A program made the position numbers and the translations under genes. From positions 6,102-70,101 of the forward strand of contig CALWUF010000060.1 in assembly GCA_944384655.1 (NCBI GenBank): DNA of 64,000 nucleotides, written 5' to 3'. Below are positions 9,173 through 19,328 of this stretch, one piece after another. A model generated the notes under the pieces. That model was not told the DNA's origin. It did not search any database and saw only the letters and a program-made list of their open reading frames with translations. The stretch comes from an uncultured Butyricicoccus sp. Its GTDB lineage: Bacteria; Bacillota; Clostridia; Oscillospirales; Butyricicoccaceae. Positions within the stretch are counted from its first letter, which is position 1; each line of letters begins with the position of its first letter.

Positions 9173-11142
9173 TGGTTCACCCGTTTAAACATTTTATCCA
9201 ACTCATATTTGGTCAAACGCACGGTGACCGGTCTGCCATGCGGACAGCAGGTAACTGCCGGATCGGAGAGTACGCGGTCACACAGCGATTGCATCTCCTG
9301 CATACTGGTCTTACTGCCCGCTTTCATGGCAGCCTTGCACGACACAGTATGAATCAGATCATCCAGACGATCGGGCACTGGTGTGCGCCGATCCATCAGT
9401 TTTTGCGCCATTTCCGATACGGTTACGGGAATATCCGCCGCGTCGAGATAGGCAGGCGCTTCACGCACTGCAATGCTGTGCTGTCCGAACGATTCCATGA
9501 CAAATCCCAACGCCTGAATCTGTTGCATTCCGTCTATCACAGCGGCATATTCCTCTCCAGACAGATCTACGACAACCGGAGCAAGCAACATCTGCGTGGG
9601 AATGTCCGTTTTTTCGCGCAATTGGTTGAACAATATGCGTTCGTGCGCGGCATGCTTGTCAATCAGGATCAGTCCGTCAGCATCCTCGGCGACGATATAG
9701 GTCTCAAAACAACTGCCAATCACACGCGCAGACGGCTGATCGAACATTTCCTGGATATCCTGTGCTTCTGTCTGCCCGTCGCATACGGCGGGAGGGGTTT
9801 CCCCCTCAGGCTGTATCGTCGGCTTTTGTTGAGGGATTTGCGGCGCAAACACATCGATTTTTTTTGATTCCTCTGTTTCATGCTGCATGTGCATTGCCTG
9901 CTCGTCGCGGTCATCTACATCGACAAACGGAAGAAATCCCATTTTACGCGATGTCGATGGTTCCACGATGCGGTATGCAGATGCATGATTCATCGCCTCA
10001 TTCGGCGAGAGCTTAGGCGAAGATGGAGCGGAGACAGACGTGCTGTAATCAAATTTGGATGCCCTCGGAATGGAAATCACAGTCTGTTCTGCTTTTTCCA
10101 GCGGCGCAGCCGCCGCCCGATCAGGCAACTTTGCCTGGATCTCAGGAATGTTGTCATCCCCTGCCAGCGCATTTTTACACGCCGCATAAACAGCGGAAAA
10201 TATTTGTTTTTCCTGTGCAAATTTGACTTCTATCTTTGCCGGATGAACGTTGACGTCCACTTGTGACAGCGGAAGCTGAATGCACACACAGCCATAGGGA
10301 TATTTGCCTGTAATGATACTGTTGCGGTATGCCTCCTCCATCGCCGCCTGAATCAGCTTGGATTTTACAAATCGTCCATTGACAAAAAAGTGCTGATAGG
10401 TTCGATTTGCACGCGGGGCATGTGGCTTGGAAATATATCCCCAAACCTTGATGCCATCTCGCTCAATTTCCGGCATCTCAATCAAATTTTTTGACAATTC
10501 TTTGCCAAACACACCAAAGACCGCATGTTTTAACCCGCCGCCGGACGAATGGAATACATCCTTTCCATCTCGAATGCACCGAAACATGATCTCCGGATGA
10601 CTTTCTGCGGCATGTTCTACAACCGACAGGACATATCCTGCTTCCGTAAAATCTTTTTTCAAAAATTTCATGCGAGCAGGCGTATTATAAAACAAATCGC
10701 GGACGACAAATGTCGTGCCTTCCGGACAGCCCGCCGGTTCGTTCACAATGATTTTTCCTCCTGCGACAGACACATGGACTCCCTCCACACAACCCGCCTG
10801 TTTGGTGAACAGATCGACATGGGATACGGCGCAAATGGCAGCGAGGGCTTCTCCACGAAAACCCAATGTGCCGATGGCCGCCAAATCTTCCCGTGTGCGG
10901 ATTTTGCTTGTGGCATGGCGGCGAAAGGCGATTGGCGCATCTTCCGGTGACATGCCGCAGCCATTATCACAGATGCGCAGGTAAGAAATACCGCCATGTT
11001 CCAGTTCAACTGTAATTTGTGTCGCTCCAGCATCAATGGCATTTTCCACCAACTCTTTGCACACAGACGACGGGCGTTCGACCACTTCACCGGCGGCGAT
11101 CAGATCCGCCATGTGCGAATCCAGTTCATGAATGACTGCCAT
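9169..11142 (-). CDS. mutL: DNA mismatch repair endonuclease MutL
   Basis: IAAGEVVERP, KELVENAIDAGA, GFRGEAL, DKHAAHER, CPHGRP. Confidence 0.98.
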   Translation of the reverse strand: MAVIHELDSHMADLIAAGEVVERPSSVCKELVENAIDAGATQITVELEHGGISYLRICDNGCGMSPEDAPIAFRRHATSKIRTREDLAAIGTLGFRGEALAAICAVSHVDLFTKQAGCVEGVHVSVAGGKIIVNEPAGCPEGTTFVVRDLFYNTPARMKFLKKDFTEAGYVLSVVEHAAESHPEIMFRCIRDGKDVFHSSGGGLKHAVFGVFGKELSKNLIEMPEIERDGIKVWGYISKPHAPRANRTYQHFFVNGRFVKSKLIQAAMEEAYRNSIITGKYPYGCVCIQLPLSQVDVNVHPAKIEVKFAQEKQIFSAVYAACKNALAGDDNIPEIQAKLPDRAAAAPLEKAEQTVISIPRASKFDYSTSVSAPSSPKLSPNEAMNHASAYRIVEPSTSRKMGFLPFVDVDDRDEQAMHMQHETEESKKIDVFAPQIPQQKPTIQPEGETPPAVCDGQTEAQDIQEMFDQPSARVIGSCFETYIVAEDADGLILIDKHAAHERILFNQLREKTDIPTQMLLAPVVVDLSGEEYAAVIDGMQQIQALGFVMESFGQHSIAVREAPAYLDAADIPVTVSEMAQKLMDRRTPVPDRLDDLIHTVSCKAAMKAGSKTSMQEMQSLCDRVLSDPAVTCCPHGRPVTVRLTKYELDKMFKRVNQ

Positions 11143-11160
11143 ACGCGTCCCTCCTTCCGA

Positions 11161-13755
11161 TCACTCGACCATTTTCTGCAATTCATATATCAAATTGAGC
11201 GCCTCAATCGGTGTCATGGTATTGACATTGACCTCACGCAATTTTTCTGCAATCTCATCCGATTTCATTCCCATCAGAGAAATCTGATCGTCTTCGGGTT
11301 CGTCTGCAATCTCATGCAAATCAATTTTCGGCGCAGTAGCTTCCAATTCTTTCAAAATCTGTTTGGCGCGGCGCAGCACCGGTTTGGGAACACCTGCCAG
11401 CTTCGCAACTGCAATGCCATAGCTGTCGTCCGCGCCTCCCGGTACAATTTTGCGCAGGAATGTGATATCATCCCCCCGTTTTTTGACCGCAATGTTGTAG
11501 TTTTTGACGCCGTCAATCAGATCTTCAAGCGCTGTCAGCTCATGGTAATGCGTGGCAAACAGGGTGCGTGAACCCAGCTTTTTGACGTCTGCAATATATT
11601 CCACAACGGCACGCGCGATGCTCATGCCGTCAAACGTAGATGTACCGCGCCCAATTTCATCCAAAATGACAAGACTAAATCGTGTCGCACCTGTCAAAAT
11701 ATCCGCCACTTCGCTCATTTCCACCATAAACGTGGATTGTCCGCTCGCCAAATCATCCGATGCACCGACACGCGTAAACACACGGTCCACAATGCCGATG
11801 CGGGCGGATTTCGCCGGGACAAAACAACCCATCTGCGCCATGATGGTAATCAACGCAATTTGACGCATATACGTGGATTTACCCGCCATATTCGGACCTG
11901 TAATAATCGCCACACGGTTTGCACCGTCATCCAACAACGTGTCATTTGCAATAAACATCGTATCGCGCAACATGCGCTCGACAACCGGATGCCTTCCATC
12001 CCGGATATCGATCACAGATGAATATTCAACCTCTGGACAACAATAATTGTACAGCTCCGCCACTTCAGCCAATGCGCACAACACATCGGTCTGTGCAAGT
12101 GTCTGCGCTGTGGTCTGAATGCGATGCACAGCGGCGGAAATCTGTTCACGCACTTCGGTAAACAGTTGGTATTCTAAATCCGTGATATGCTCCTGCGCCT
12201 GCAAAACTGTATTTTCATATTGCTTTAACTCTTCCGTGATATAGCGTTCACAGTTTGCAAGCGTCTGTTTGCGGACATAATGCGCCGGAACACTGTCTGA
12301 GTATTGGCGCGATACTTCAATATAATAACCGAACACACGATTGTATCCAACCTTCAATTTTTGAATGCCGGTTGCTTCGCGTTCCCGCTGCTCAATTTCT
12401 GCGATGGCGCCCTTACCTCCGGAAGCGATATCACGCAAGCGATCCAATTGTTCGCTGTAGCCAGCACGGATAAATCCACCCTCGCGCAGGGAGAACGGCG
12501 GTTCATCGACAATTGCAGATTGAATCAATGTTTTGACATCTTCCAGTTCATCCATTGATTCACACAGTACCTGCAACATGGAGGTGCTGCACTGCGCCAG
12601 TTGTGCACGAATTGCAGGTATATGCTCCAGCGTCACACACATGCTGCGCAAATCGCGGCAATTTGCCGTACCATAGACAATGCGGCTGATCAGACGCTCC
12701 ATATCAAACACCTGCCGCATCTCGTCAGCCAGTGCGCTGCGGCACAAAAAATTATCTTTCAGCTCACCGATAGCCTTTTGGCGCTGGACGATCTGATTTG
12801 GATTGCGCAACGGTTTGGCCATCCATTGCCGCAACAGGCGCGCACCCATCGCTGTATGCGTCTTATCCAGCACCCACAACAGCGAACCTTTTTTTTCTTT
12901 TGTGCGCATGGTCTCAAACAATTCAAGATTGCGCCGCGCATTCATATCCAATTCCAGGTATTGCCCCTGATGATATAGCTGGATCGTATCCAGGTTGGAC
13001 AGATCCGATTTCTGTGTATCTGCAAGATAGATCAACAGCGCACCGACTGCACAGACCACTGCGGGATGGTTTTCCCATGCATCGCCGTCCAGGTCAGCAA
13101 ACCGTGCGCGCACCAGCTTCATGCAGGTATCCAGCTCATAATCTGCATCCGGTTTTTCCTCCACGCCGCATTCAATGTTATCATACAAAAAACGCATGAG
13201 CTGGTCTTCATTGGCAGCCGCCGGGTTGACCAGCGTCTCACGCGGCAAAAACCGTCCCAGTTCATTCATGGCATAGACAGTCAGACCGCTGCCAGTCATG
13301 TCCGTCGCCAACATTTCTCCCGTCGTGATATCCGCAAAACACACGCCCACACCAAATGCGCTCAGATAGACAGATGCAATATAATTGTTGCAGTCCTCCT
13401 GAAGCATGGAATCTTCAATCACGGTTCCGGGTGTAATGGTACGGACGATTTCGCGCCGCACCAATCCCTTTGCTTTTTTCGGATCTTCAACCTGTTCGCA
13501 AATATGCACTTTGTGCCCGTTTTTGACCAGCTTTGCGATATAACTCTCGCAGGAATGAAACGGAATTCCGCACATCGGTGCGCGTTCCTCCTGTCCGCAG
13601 TCGCGTCCGGTCAGTACAAGATCCAACTCCTTTGACGCAATTTCTGCGTCTTCATAAAACATCTCGTAAAAGTCGCCCAACCGATACAGCAAAATGCCGT
13701 CACAGGTATTTTTAATTTCAAAATATTGCCGCATCATCGGCGTCAATTCAGCCAT
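11161..13755 (-). CDS. mutS: DNA mismatch repair protein MutS
   Basis: TPMMRQY, GDFYEMF, GPNMAGKSTYMRQ, DEIGRGTST. Start ATG 13755 after GGAAAGGGA. Confidence 0.98.
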   Translation of the reverse strand: MAELTPMMRQYFEIKNTCDGILLYRLGDFYEMFYEDAEIASKELDLVLTGRDCGQEERAPMCGIPFHSCESYIAKLVKNGHKVHICEQVEDPKKAKGLVRREIVRTITPGTVIEDSMLQEDCNNYIASVYLSAFGVGVCFADITTGEMLATDMTGSGLTVYAMNELGRFLPRETLVNPAAANEDQLMRFLYDNIECGVEEKPDADYELDTCMKLVRARFADLDGDAWENHPAVVCAVGALLIYLADTQKSDLSNLDTIQLYHQGQYLELDMNARRNLELFETMRTKEKKGSLLWVLDKTHTAMGARLLRQWMAKPLRNPNQIVQRQKAIGELKDNFLCRSALADEMRQVFDMERLISRIVYGTANCRDLRSMCVTLEHIPAIRAQLAQCSTSMLQVLCESMDELEDVKTLIQSAIVDEPPFSLREGGFIRAGYSEQLDRLRDIASGGKGAIAEIEQREREATGIQKLKVGYNRVFGYYIEVSRQYSDSVPAHYVRKQTLANCERYITEELKQYENTVLQAQEHITDLEYQLFTEVREQISAAVHRIQTTAQTLAQTDVLCALAEVAELYNYCCPEVEYSSVIDIRDGRHPVVERMLRDTMFIANDTLLDDGANRVAIITGPNMAGKSTYMRQIALITIMAQMGCFVPAKSARIGIVDRVFTRVGASDDLASGQSTFMVEMSEVADILTGATRFSLVILDEIGRGTSTFDGMSIARAVVEYIADVKKLGSRTLFATHYHELTALEDLIDGVKNYNIAVKKRGDDITFLRKIVPGGADDSYGIAVAKLAGVPKPVLRRAKQILKELEATAPKIDLHEIADEPEDDQISLMGMKSDEIAEKLREVNVNTMTPIEALNLIYELQKMVE

Positions 13756-15193
13756 GGTATCCCTTTCCAATTTCCCTGCCATATAGGGCACGCAGGGAGG
13801 TCTGTTCGATGATCACATCGACAAAATCGCCGATGTTCAGGTTTTTACCCCGCACCAATACAAGCAATCCGCCGTCTGTACGACCGCAATGTGTGTATTC
13901 ACTGCCCTGTTTGCCGTTGGACAAACCGTCAATCAGCACAGTCAATTGTCTGTCCTGATATGCAGCCTGGCGCTGCTGGTTGATCGTCTCCTGCAATTGC
14001 AACAGGCGGTTAAAACGATCCTGTTTCTCCTGCGCAGTCGTGTCATCGGGCATGTCCGCCGCCGGTGTGCCGCTGCGCCTGGAATACAGGAACGTATACA
14101 ACTGGTCATACTGCCCCTGACGCACGACATCCAACGTGCCCTGGAAATCCTCTTCCGTTTCACCGGGAAATCCCACAATAATATCAGACGACAGCACAAG
14201 ATCCGGCATATCGCTCCGCGCCTGTTCGATGAGCGCGAGGTACGATTGTTTTGTATAGCCGCGATTCATCTTTTTGAGCACTGCATCCGAGCCGGACTGA
14301 AATGGCAGATGCAACTGATGGCAAATGTGTTTGCCTCCCGCCATCACTGCAAACAGCTTTTTCGAGGCATCCTTCGGATGACTTGTCATGAAGCGCAAAC
14401 GGTACTCCCCCGGCACAGCATCCAACCGGGTGAGCAAATCGGCAAAATCCATGCCGATATTTAAATCCTTTCCATAGGAATTGACATTCTGTCCCAACAG
14501 TGTGATGTCCTTATAACCCGCCGCAACCAATTGCCGCAGTTCAGCTTCGATGTCTTCCGGCTGCCGGCTGCGTTCTCTGCCCCGCACATACGGCACAATA
14601 CAATACGTACAAAAATTATTGCAGCCATACATAATGGACAGCCATGCATGACACCCTTCATCACGCTGTACAGGCAATCCCTCGGCAATTTCGCCCTTTG
14701 GATCGCCCGAGATATCAAAAATACGTTTGCTGCCGTTTAACCGCCGCAGCAGCAGCTCCGGAAAACGCCACAGCATATGTGTGCCAAACACAATATCCAC
14801 ACGTGGATAACTTTTTTTGATTTTTTCCGCAATGTGTTCCTGCTGTACCATACAGCCACACATACAGATCGTGATATCCGGACGGGTTTCCTTGATATGC
14901 GTATACTGTCCCATGATGCCAAATACACGTTTTTCCGCATGCTCGCGCACAGCGCAGGTATTGACTACAATGACATCCGCCTGTACCGCATCCTGCGTGC
15001 GCACATATCCCATCTGCGCCAACATGCCTGCAATGCGTTCGGTATCCGCTTCATTCTGTTGACAGCCGAACGTCTGGCAGTAAAAACGCGGCGGCTCCGG
15101 ACGCAGTGCATTGCGCCGGCTGAGCTGTTCGATGCAGTCCAATTGATGCGCAATGTCGGTCTTTGATACTTGTCTTGAGGTAAAATCTATCAT
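13748..15193 (-). CDS. miaB: tRNA-2-methylthio-N6-dimethylallyladenosine synthase (radical SAM methylthiotransferase)
   Basis: TFGCQQN, NTCAVRE, GCNNFCTYC, SDIIVGFPGET, C-terminal TRAM domain. Confidence 0.95.
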   Translation of the reverse strand: MIDFTSRQVSKTDIAHQLDCIEQLSRRNALRPEPPRFYCQTFGCQQNEADTERIAGMLAQMGYVRTQDAVQADVIVVNTCAVREHAEKRVFGIMGQYTHIKETRPDITICMCGCMVQQEHIAEKIKKSYPRVDIVFGTHMLWRFPELLLRRLNGSKRIFDISGDPKGEIAEGLPVQRDEGCHAWLSIMYGCNNFCTYCIVPYVRGRERSRQPEDIEAELRQLVAAGYKDITLLGQNVNSYGKDLNIGMDFADLLTRLDAVPGEYRLRFMTSHPKDASKKLFAVMAGGKHICHQLHLPFQSGSDAVLKKMNRGYTKQSYLALIEQARSDMPDLVLSSDIIVGFPGETEEDFQGTLDVVRQGQYDQLYTFLYSRRSGTPAADMPDDTTAQEKQDRFNRLLQLQETINQQRQAAYQDRQLTVLIDGLSNGKQGSEYTHCGRTDGGLLVLVRGKNLNIGDFVDVIIEQTSLRALYGREIGKGYHG

Positions 15194-15214
15194 ATTCTTA
15201 TTTCTATCCCATTA

Positions 15215-15883
15215 TTATCGAAATTCATTTAGCTGTGCGTCGTATACCATCAGATGATGATAAGTTGCACCGTCCGGTGCATACTGCGGCAGCTCACGAA
15301 GGATGAGTTTGGTGAGATATTCCGGGCTGAGATTGTTGTTCCCCGCACCCAGAATGGTATACGCACGCACACAATCGCGATCCGCTTCCAACGTAATGCC
15401 GCGCATATAATCGCGAATATTGACTTCTTTCTCACCGCGTTTGGATCTTTTTAAAATTTTTAATTCATCACGCGCAAACAATTCATTTGCTGCATCGACA
15501 AATCCTTCCGGCACACCGCCGTCAAATTCCCAGGTGATTTCAAATTTGGAATACGCAATGTCGCGCACTTTGCGCCCGCCGTCGTCCAACGGATAGATTT
15601 CCTGTACAGACAACCCCGATGGCATAACCGCATTCAGCCGCTGCACCGCATCCGCCGGAATTTCATCCGCTGTACAATTAAAATCGACAAATTCCCATTC
15701 GCCGGAATATCCCGTAGACAGCGGCAATGCAACCGAGATATAAATATGCGGATTGAATCCCTCCGTGTACCACACCGGCAAATGTGCGCGCGCAATCGCA
15801 CGCTGCATGCAGTGCATCAGATCAAGGTGTGAAATATAAGCCGCTTCATCCGTCTTGGAAAAGCGCATTCTTGCTTTAAACAT
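15215..15883 (-). CDS. Radical SAM-linked protein (TIGR03936/DUF2344 type)
   Basis: ISHLDLMHCMQRAIARAHLPVWYTEGFNPH motif, coupled to the upstream radical SAM gene. Confidence 0.85.
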   Translation of the reverse strand: MFKARMRFSKTDEAAYISHLDLMHCMQRAIARAHLPVWYTEGFNPHIYISVALPLSTGYSGEWEFVDFNCTADEIPADAVQRLNAVMPSGLSVQEIYPLDDGGRKVRDIAYSKFEITWEFDGGVPEGFVDAANELFARDELKILKRSKRGEKEVNIRDYMRGITLEADRDCVRAYTILGAGNNNLSPEYLTKLILRELPQYAPDGATYHHLMVYDAQLNEFR

Positions 15884-17717
15884 GGCAGGCACATCCTTTC
15901 ATTAAGCTGACAGCGCCGCAGCCCGCACAGGTTTCAAGACAGGATGGCGTCGGTTCTGCACGCCGTGAGCGCTCCCATTCACGTTTGAGGTGCTCTTTGC
16001 TCGTACCGCAGCCGATGTGATCCCATGGAAAGACTTCATCCAGCGGACGCTGGCGGTTTGCATAAAATGCCGGATCCAAACCACACATATGGAACGCATC
16101 CAGCCATTTATTGTAATCAAAACACTGATCCCAACCGTCCATCTTACAGCCGGACTTCCATGCGGTATACAGTGCGTCCGCTGTGCGGCGGTCACCGCGC
16201 GCAAAAACAGCTTCCAGATAACTGGTGTCTGAATCGTGCCAGCGAAATGTGACGTTTTTGGTTTTCATGACAGTGCGCAGATAGGCCGTCTTTTCATCCA
16301 ATTCTTCCTTTGTCACCTGTGCATCCCACTGAAACGGGGTCTGCGGCTTGGGTACAAAACAGGAAGCAGACGCTGTAATACGCACGCCACGCGCTTTGTT
16401 CGGCGTATTACACTTCCAGCAATATGCGATGTCGCGGCAAAGCTGTGCCATCTCATCGAAATCTTCATTGGTTTCGGTCGGCAAACCCATCATAAAATAC
16501 AGTTTGACATTGTTCCAGCCGCCTTTAAAAGCATACGTACATGCATTCAGCAGATCCTCCGCCGTCAAATTCTTGTTGATGACATCGCGCAGGCGCTGGC
16601 TTCCTGCCTCCGCCGCAAAGGTCAAACCGCTCTTGCGCACCTTTTGTACACGTTCCATCAATTCAAGGCTGAATGAATCCGCACGAAGGGATGGCAGAGA
16701 CAGGCTGACACGGCGTGATTCACAGAAATCCAGCAGTTTATCTGCCAGTTCCGGTAATTGCGAATAATCGCTCGTAGACAGTGATGAGAGCGAAATTTCC
16801 TCGTAACCGGAATGTTCCAACACTGCTTCCGCCTGTCGGAGCAATGTTTCCACACTCTTTTTGCGCAACGGACGATACGTGTGACCGGCCTGACAGAAGC
16901 GGCAGCCGCGCGGACAACCGCGAAATAGTTCGACCATCGCGCGGTCAAAAACAATGTCCGTAGACGGCACGACAAAATATTCCGGATAATACATGTTGTC
17001 CAAGTCTTGAACAATTCGCTTTTGTACAAATTCCGGTGCACCATCCTTTGGGGTGACCGCCTTGACTGTACCGTCGTCGTTATAACTGACGTCGTACAGC
17101 GATGGGACATACACGCCGTCAATATGACAGACGCGCCGCAGAAATTGATCCTTGCTCCAGCCCTCCTGTTTTGCCTGACGGTACAAGTCAATAAATTCGA
17201 TCATGACTTCTTCGCCGTCACCGATCTGGAACGCATCCACAAACGGTGCAAGCGGTTCGGGATTGTACGCACACGGACCGCCGCAAACGACCAAATTCTT
17301 CAATCCTTTGCGTTCACTGGCATACACCGGAATGCCGCCGAGGTCCAGCATATTCAAAATATTCGTAAACGACAGCTCGTATTGCAGTGTGAATCCGAGA
17401 ATATCCAGTTCGGATATGCTGTCACCGCTTTCCAGACCATACAGCGGGATATTTGCCGCGCGCATCTCGTCTTCCATATCGATCCACGGTGCAAACACAC
17501 GCTCACACCACACACCATCCTGTGCATTGAGCAAACCGTAGAGAATGCGGCTGCCAAGATGCGACATACCCACCTCATACGTGTCAGGAAAGCACATGCC
17601 AAAACGCAGATCGACCTCATTTCTGTCTTTGACGACAGAACCCCATTCACCTCCGACATAACGCGCCGGTTTTTGCACACGTGGGAGTATTCGCTTGAGC
17701 TTTCGGGAGAGCTTCAT
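15876..17717 (-). CDS. B12-binding radical SAM protein (TIGR03960 type)
   Basis: KPARYVGGE, FPDTYEVGMS, GCPRGCRFC (CxxxCxxC), AEAGSQRLRDVINK. Confidence 0.88.
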   Translation of the reverse strand: MKLSRKLKRILPRVQKPARYVGGEWGSVVKDRNEVDLRFGMCFPDTYEVGMSHLGSRILYGLLNAQDGVWCERVFAPWIDMEDEMRAANIPLYGLESGDSISELDILGFTLQYELSFTNILNMLDLGGIPVYASERKGLKNLVVCGGPCAYNPEPLAPFVDAFQIGDGEEVMIEFIDLYRQAKQEGWSKDQFLRRVCHIDGVYVPSLYDVSYNDDGTVKAVTPKDGAPEFVQKRIVQDLDNMYYPEYFVVPSTDIVFDRAMVELFRGCPRGCRFCQAGHTYRPLRKKSVETLLRQAEAVLEHSGYEEISLSSLSTSDYSQLPELADKLLDFCESRRVSLSLPSLRADSFSLELMERVQKVRKSGLTFAAEAGSQRLRDVINKNLTAEDLLNACTYAFKGGWNNVKLYFMMGLPTETNEDFDEMAQLCRDIAYCWKCNTPNKARGVRITASASCFVPKPQTPFQWDAQVTKEELDEKTAYLRTVMKTKNVTFRWHDSDTSYLEAVFARGDRRTADALYTAWKSGCKMDGWDQCFDYNKWLDAFHMCGLDPAFYANRQRPLDEVFPWDHIGCGTSKEHLKREWERSRRAEPTPSCLETCAGCGAVSLMKGCACHV

Positions 17718-17835
17718 ATCAGTACCTCATCAAATCGTAGTTTGTCCATTCCAAAAGAAAGGAGCTCTCCGACCGGCTGACCGAAGAGCCCGCTGTTTGC
17801 AGGGTTCAGGCTGATTTGCACACACATGCACATGT

Positions 17836-18732
17836 TTACTGTGTGTCATCCGACTGTTCAGGTTCAGAATCTTTCTGTTCGCCCTCTGTGCCGAACAGCT
17901 TCTGATGGCGCTCAAAATCTGTGCGCCGTTCGCAGTATGCATGTTCAAGACGCAGCGTTTCCTTGAGCAAAACCTCCAATTCCGAAGAATAGGCGTCCAA
18001 TTCCTCCGCTGCCCCCAACTTTGCAAATGAGATGATTTTCAAATATTTGCCGACTGCCAGATGCAGCTTGACCTGTGCGCGGTTCAACTCGCCATATTCC
18101 ATCTCATTGATAATCTGCTGAAGCTCCGCGCGAATGCCCAATGTCATGAGCTGAAATACCACACGGTCAGACGGCACAATCAGACGTGTCTCATATCGCG
18201 TCAATAGCTGCTCAAGCAGTTTGTTGTTCGCTTCATGCATCTTGTGCAAGTCTTCCAGTTTATACGAATGCATTTTCAAACCCACGGATTCTTCGGTCAG
18301 ACGGATTTCTTCCATCTCCTCCGGCGTAATGTCCAAATCATCCAGAAATCCTGTGGTACTGTATTTTGTGATCGCAGCGCGCATCGCCTTATACAGATTT
18401 GCCATGCAGTAAACCTGCCGTTCACAGTCTTCAAAATACAGCTTTGCTTTGTTGAGCTTGGCCTCGATCCGCTCCAGATCTTCCGCAGCTTCCGTCTCAC
18501 GGTTGGCGTATTCCGCGATAATGGCTTCGCGCTCTTCGGTCACCTGTTTATGAATGGCGATGATAATGTCATCTTTTCTGGCAATCGTATCTTCACGTGC
18601 ACGCAGTTCTTCCTGCGCTTCCGTCAGTTTTGTCTCCAACTCCTGTAAACGCGCTTGCGCATCCGCAATCTTTGCATTGGTGGCATTCAGCGATTCGCGT
18701 GCGCCCAGCAGTTCTTTCATGGTCTCAAACAT
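17836..18732 (-). CDS. Coiled-coil protein with a DUF4041-like region and no C-terminal nuclease domain
   Basis: Long N-terminal heptad region. Segment VFQLMTLGIRAELQQIINEMEYGEL..KYLKI resembles clostridial DUF4041 proteins (recalled similarity, not searched). Confidence 0.5.
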   Translation of the reverse strand: MFETMKELLGARESLNATNAKIADAQARLQELETKLTEAQEELRAREDTIARKDDIIIAIHKQVTEEREAIIAEYANRETEAAEDLERIEAKLNKAKLYFEDCERQVYCMANLYKAMRAAITKYSTTGFLDDLDITPEEMEEIRLTEESVGLKMHSYKLEDLHKMHEANNKLLEQLLTRYETRLIVPSDRVVFQLMTLGIRAELQQIINEMEYGELNRAQVKLHLAVGKYLKIISFAKLGAAEELDAYSSELEVLLKETLRLEHAYCERRTDFERHQKLFGTEGEQKDSEPEQSDDTQ

Positions 18733-18846
18733 TGGTGTATCTCCTATCCAGACTCAACTGTTATATCAAAATCAAAATCTGATTAAAATCAAGGTTATTG
18801 TACTACTTAAACGCCATTTTCGCAATAGGTTCCTCAAATTCCAGCG

Positions 18847-18875
18847 AAAAAGCCGGAGAAATTTCTCCGGCTTTT
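18847..18875. terminator. Intrinsic terminator downstream of the split gene
   Basis: AAAAAGCCGGAGAAATTTCTCCGGCTTTT: perfect stem flanked by A and T runs. Confidence 0.8.
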
Positions 18876-18911
18876 GATATCGGCTTTGACAATTCTGCGC
18901 GCTTGTGTACA

Positions 18912-19328
18912 TCAGCGGCAGTGTGACGGACGCTCACAGCAGCAGTTGTCGCAATCAGATTGCCGACCGCCTGAATCCGAACCATCGCGTCTGGGTGGGA
19001 AAAATTCTTCCACCGGGAAATCAAACCGCTCAAACATATCGCATGGATCTTGCGCACGTCCGCAGTTTGCATCTTCGCCGGTACAACTGCAATCTTTCGC
19101 AGGCATGCAGATATCGTATGCTGGCATGAGCAACTGAATATCGCGTTCCAGTCGGATGATCGAAAACTGTCCGAGCGTAACATACAACTGTTTGACGTCG
19201 GTATCCAGAATGATGTCATCCCCAAACAGGCGTCCAATGTTTTCCGGCACTTTGTTCAGCTCACAATAACAACCACAACGGCAACCTGGTTCCACCATCT
19301 TTGCCGAAAGAATCAGCGGGTCAAGTGT
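18912..19328 (-). CDS. 3' half (138 aa) of the interrupted Cys-rich putative spore protein
   Basis: TLDPLILSAKMVE..LYVTLGQFSIIRLERDIQLLMPAYDICMPAKDC..FPVEEFFPP. In frame with the 5' half once 19332-21251 is removed. Confidence 0.88.
   Translation of the reverse strand, partial: TLDPLILSAKMVEPGCRCGCYCELNKVPENIGRLFGDDIILDTDVKQLYVTLGQFSIIRLERDIQLLMPAYDICMPAKDCSCTGEDANCGRAQDPCDMFERFDFPVEEFFPPRRDGSDSGGRQSDCDNCCCERPSHCR

Noticed and set aside
8180-13755. Gene overlaps miaA/hfq (11 nt), mutL/miaA and miaB/mutS
   Set aside because: Ordinary translational coupling in a known conserved gene string.
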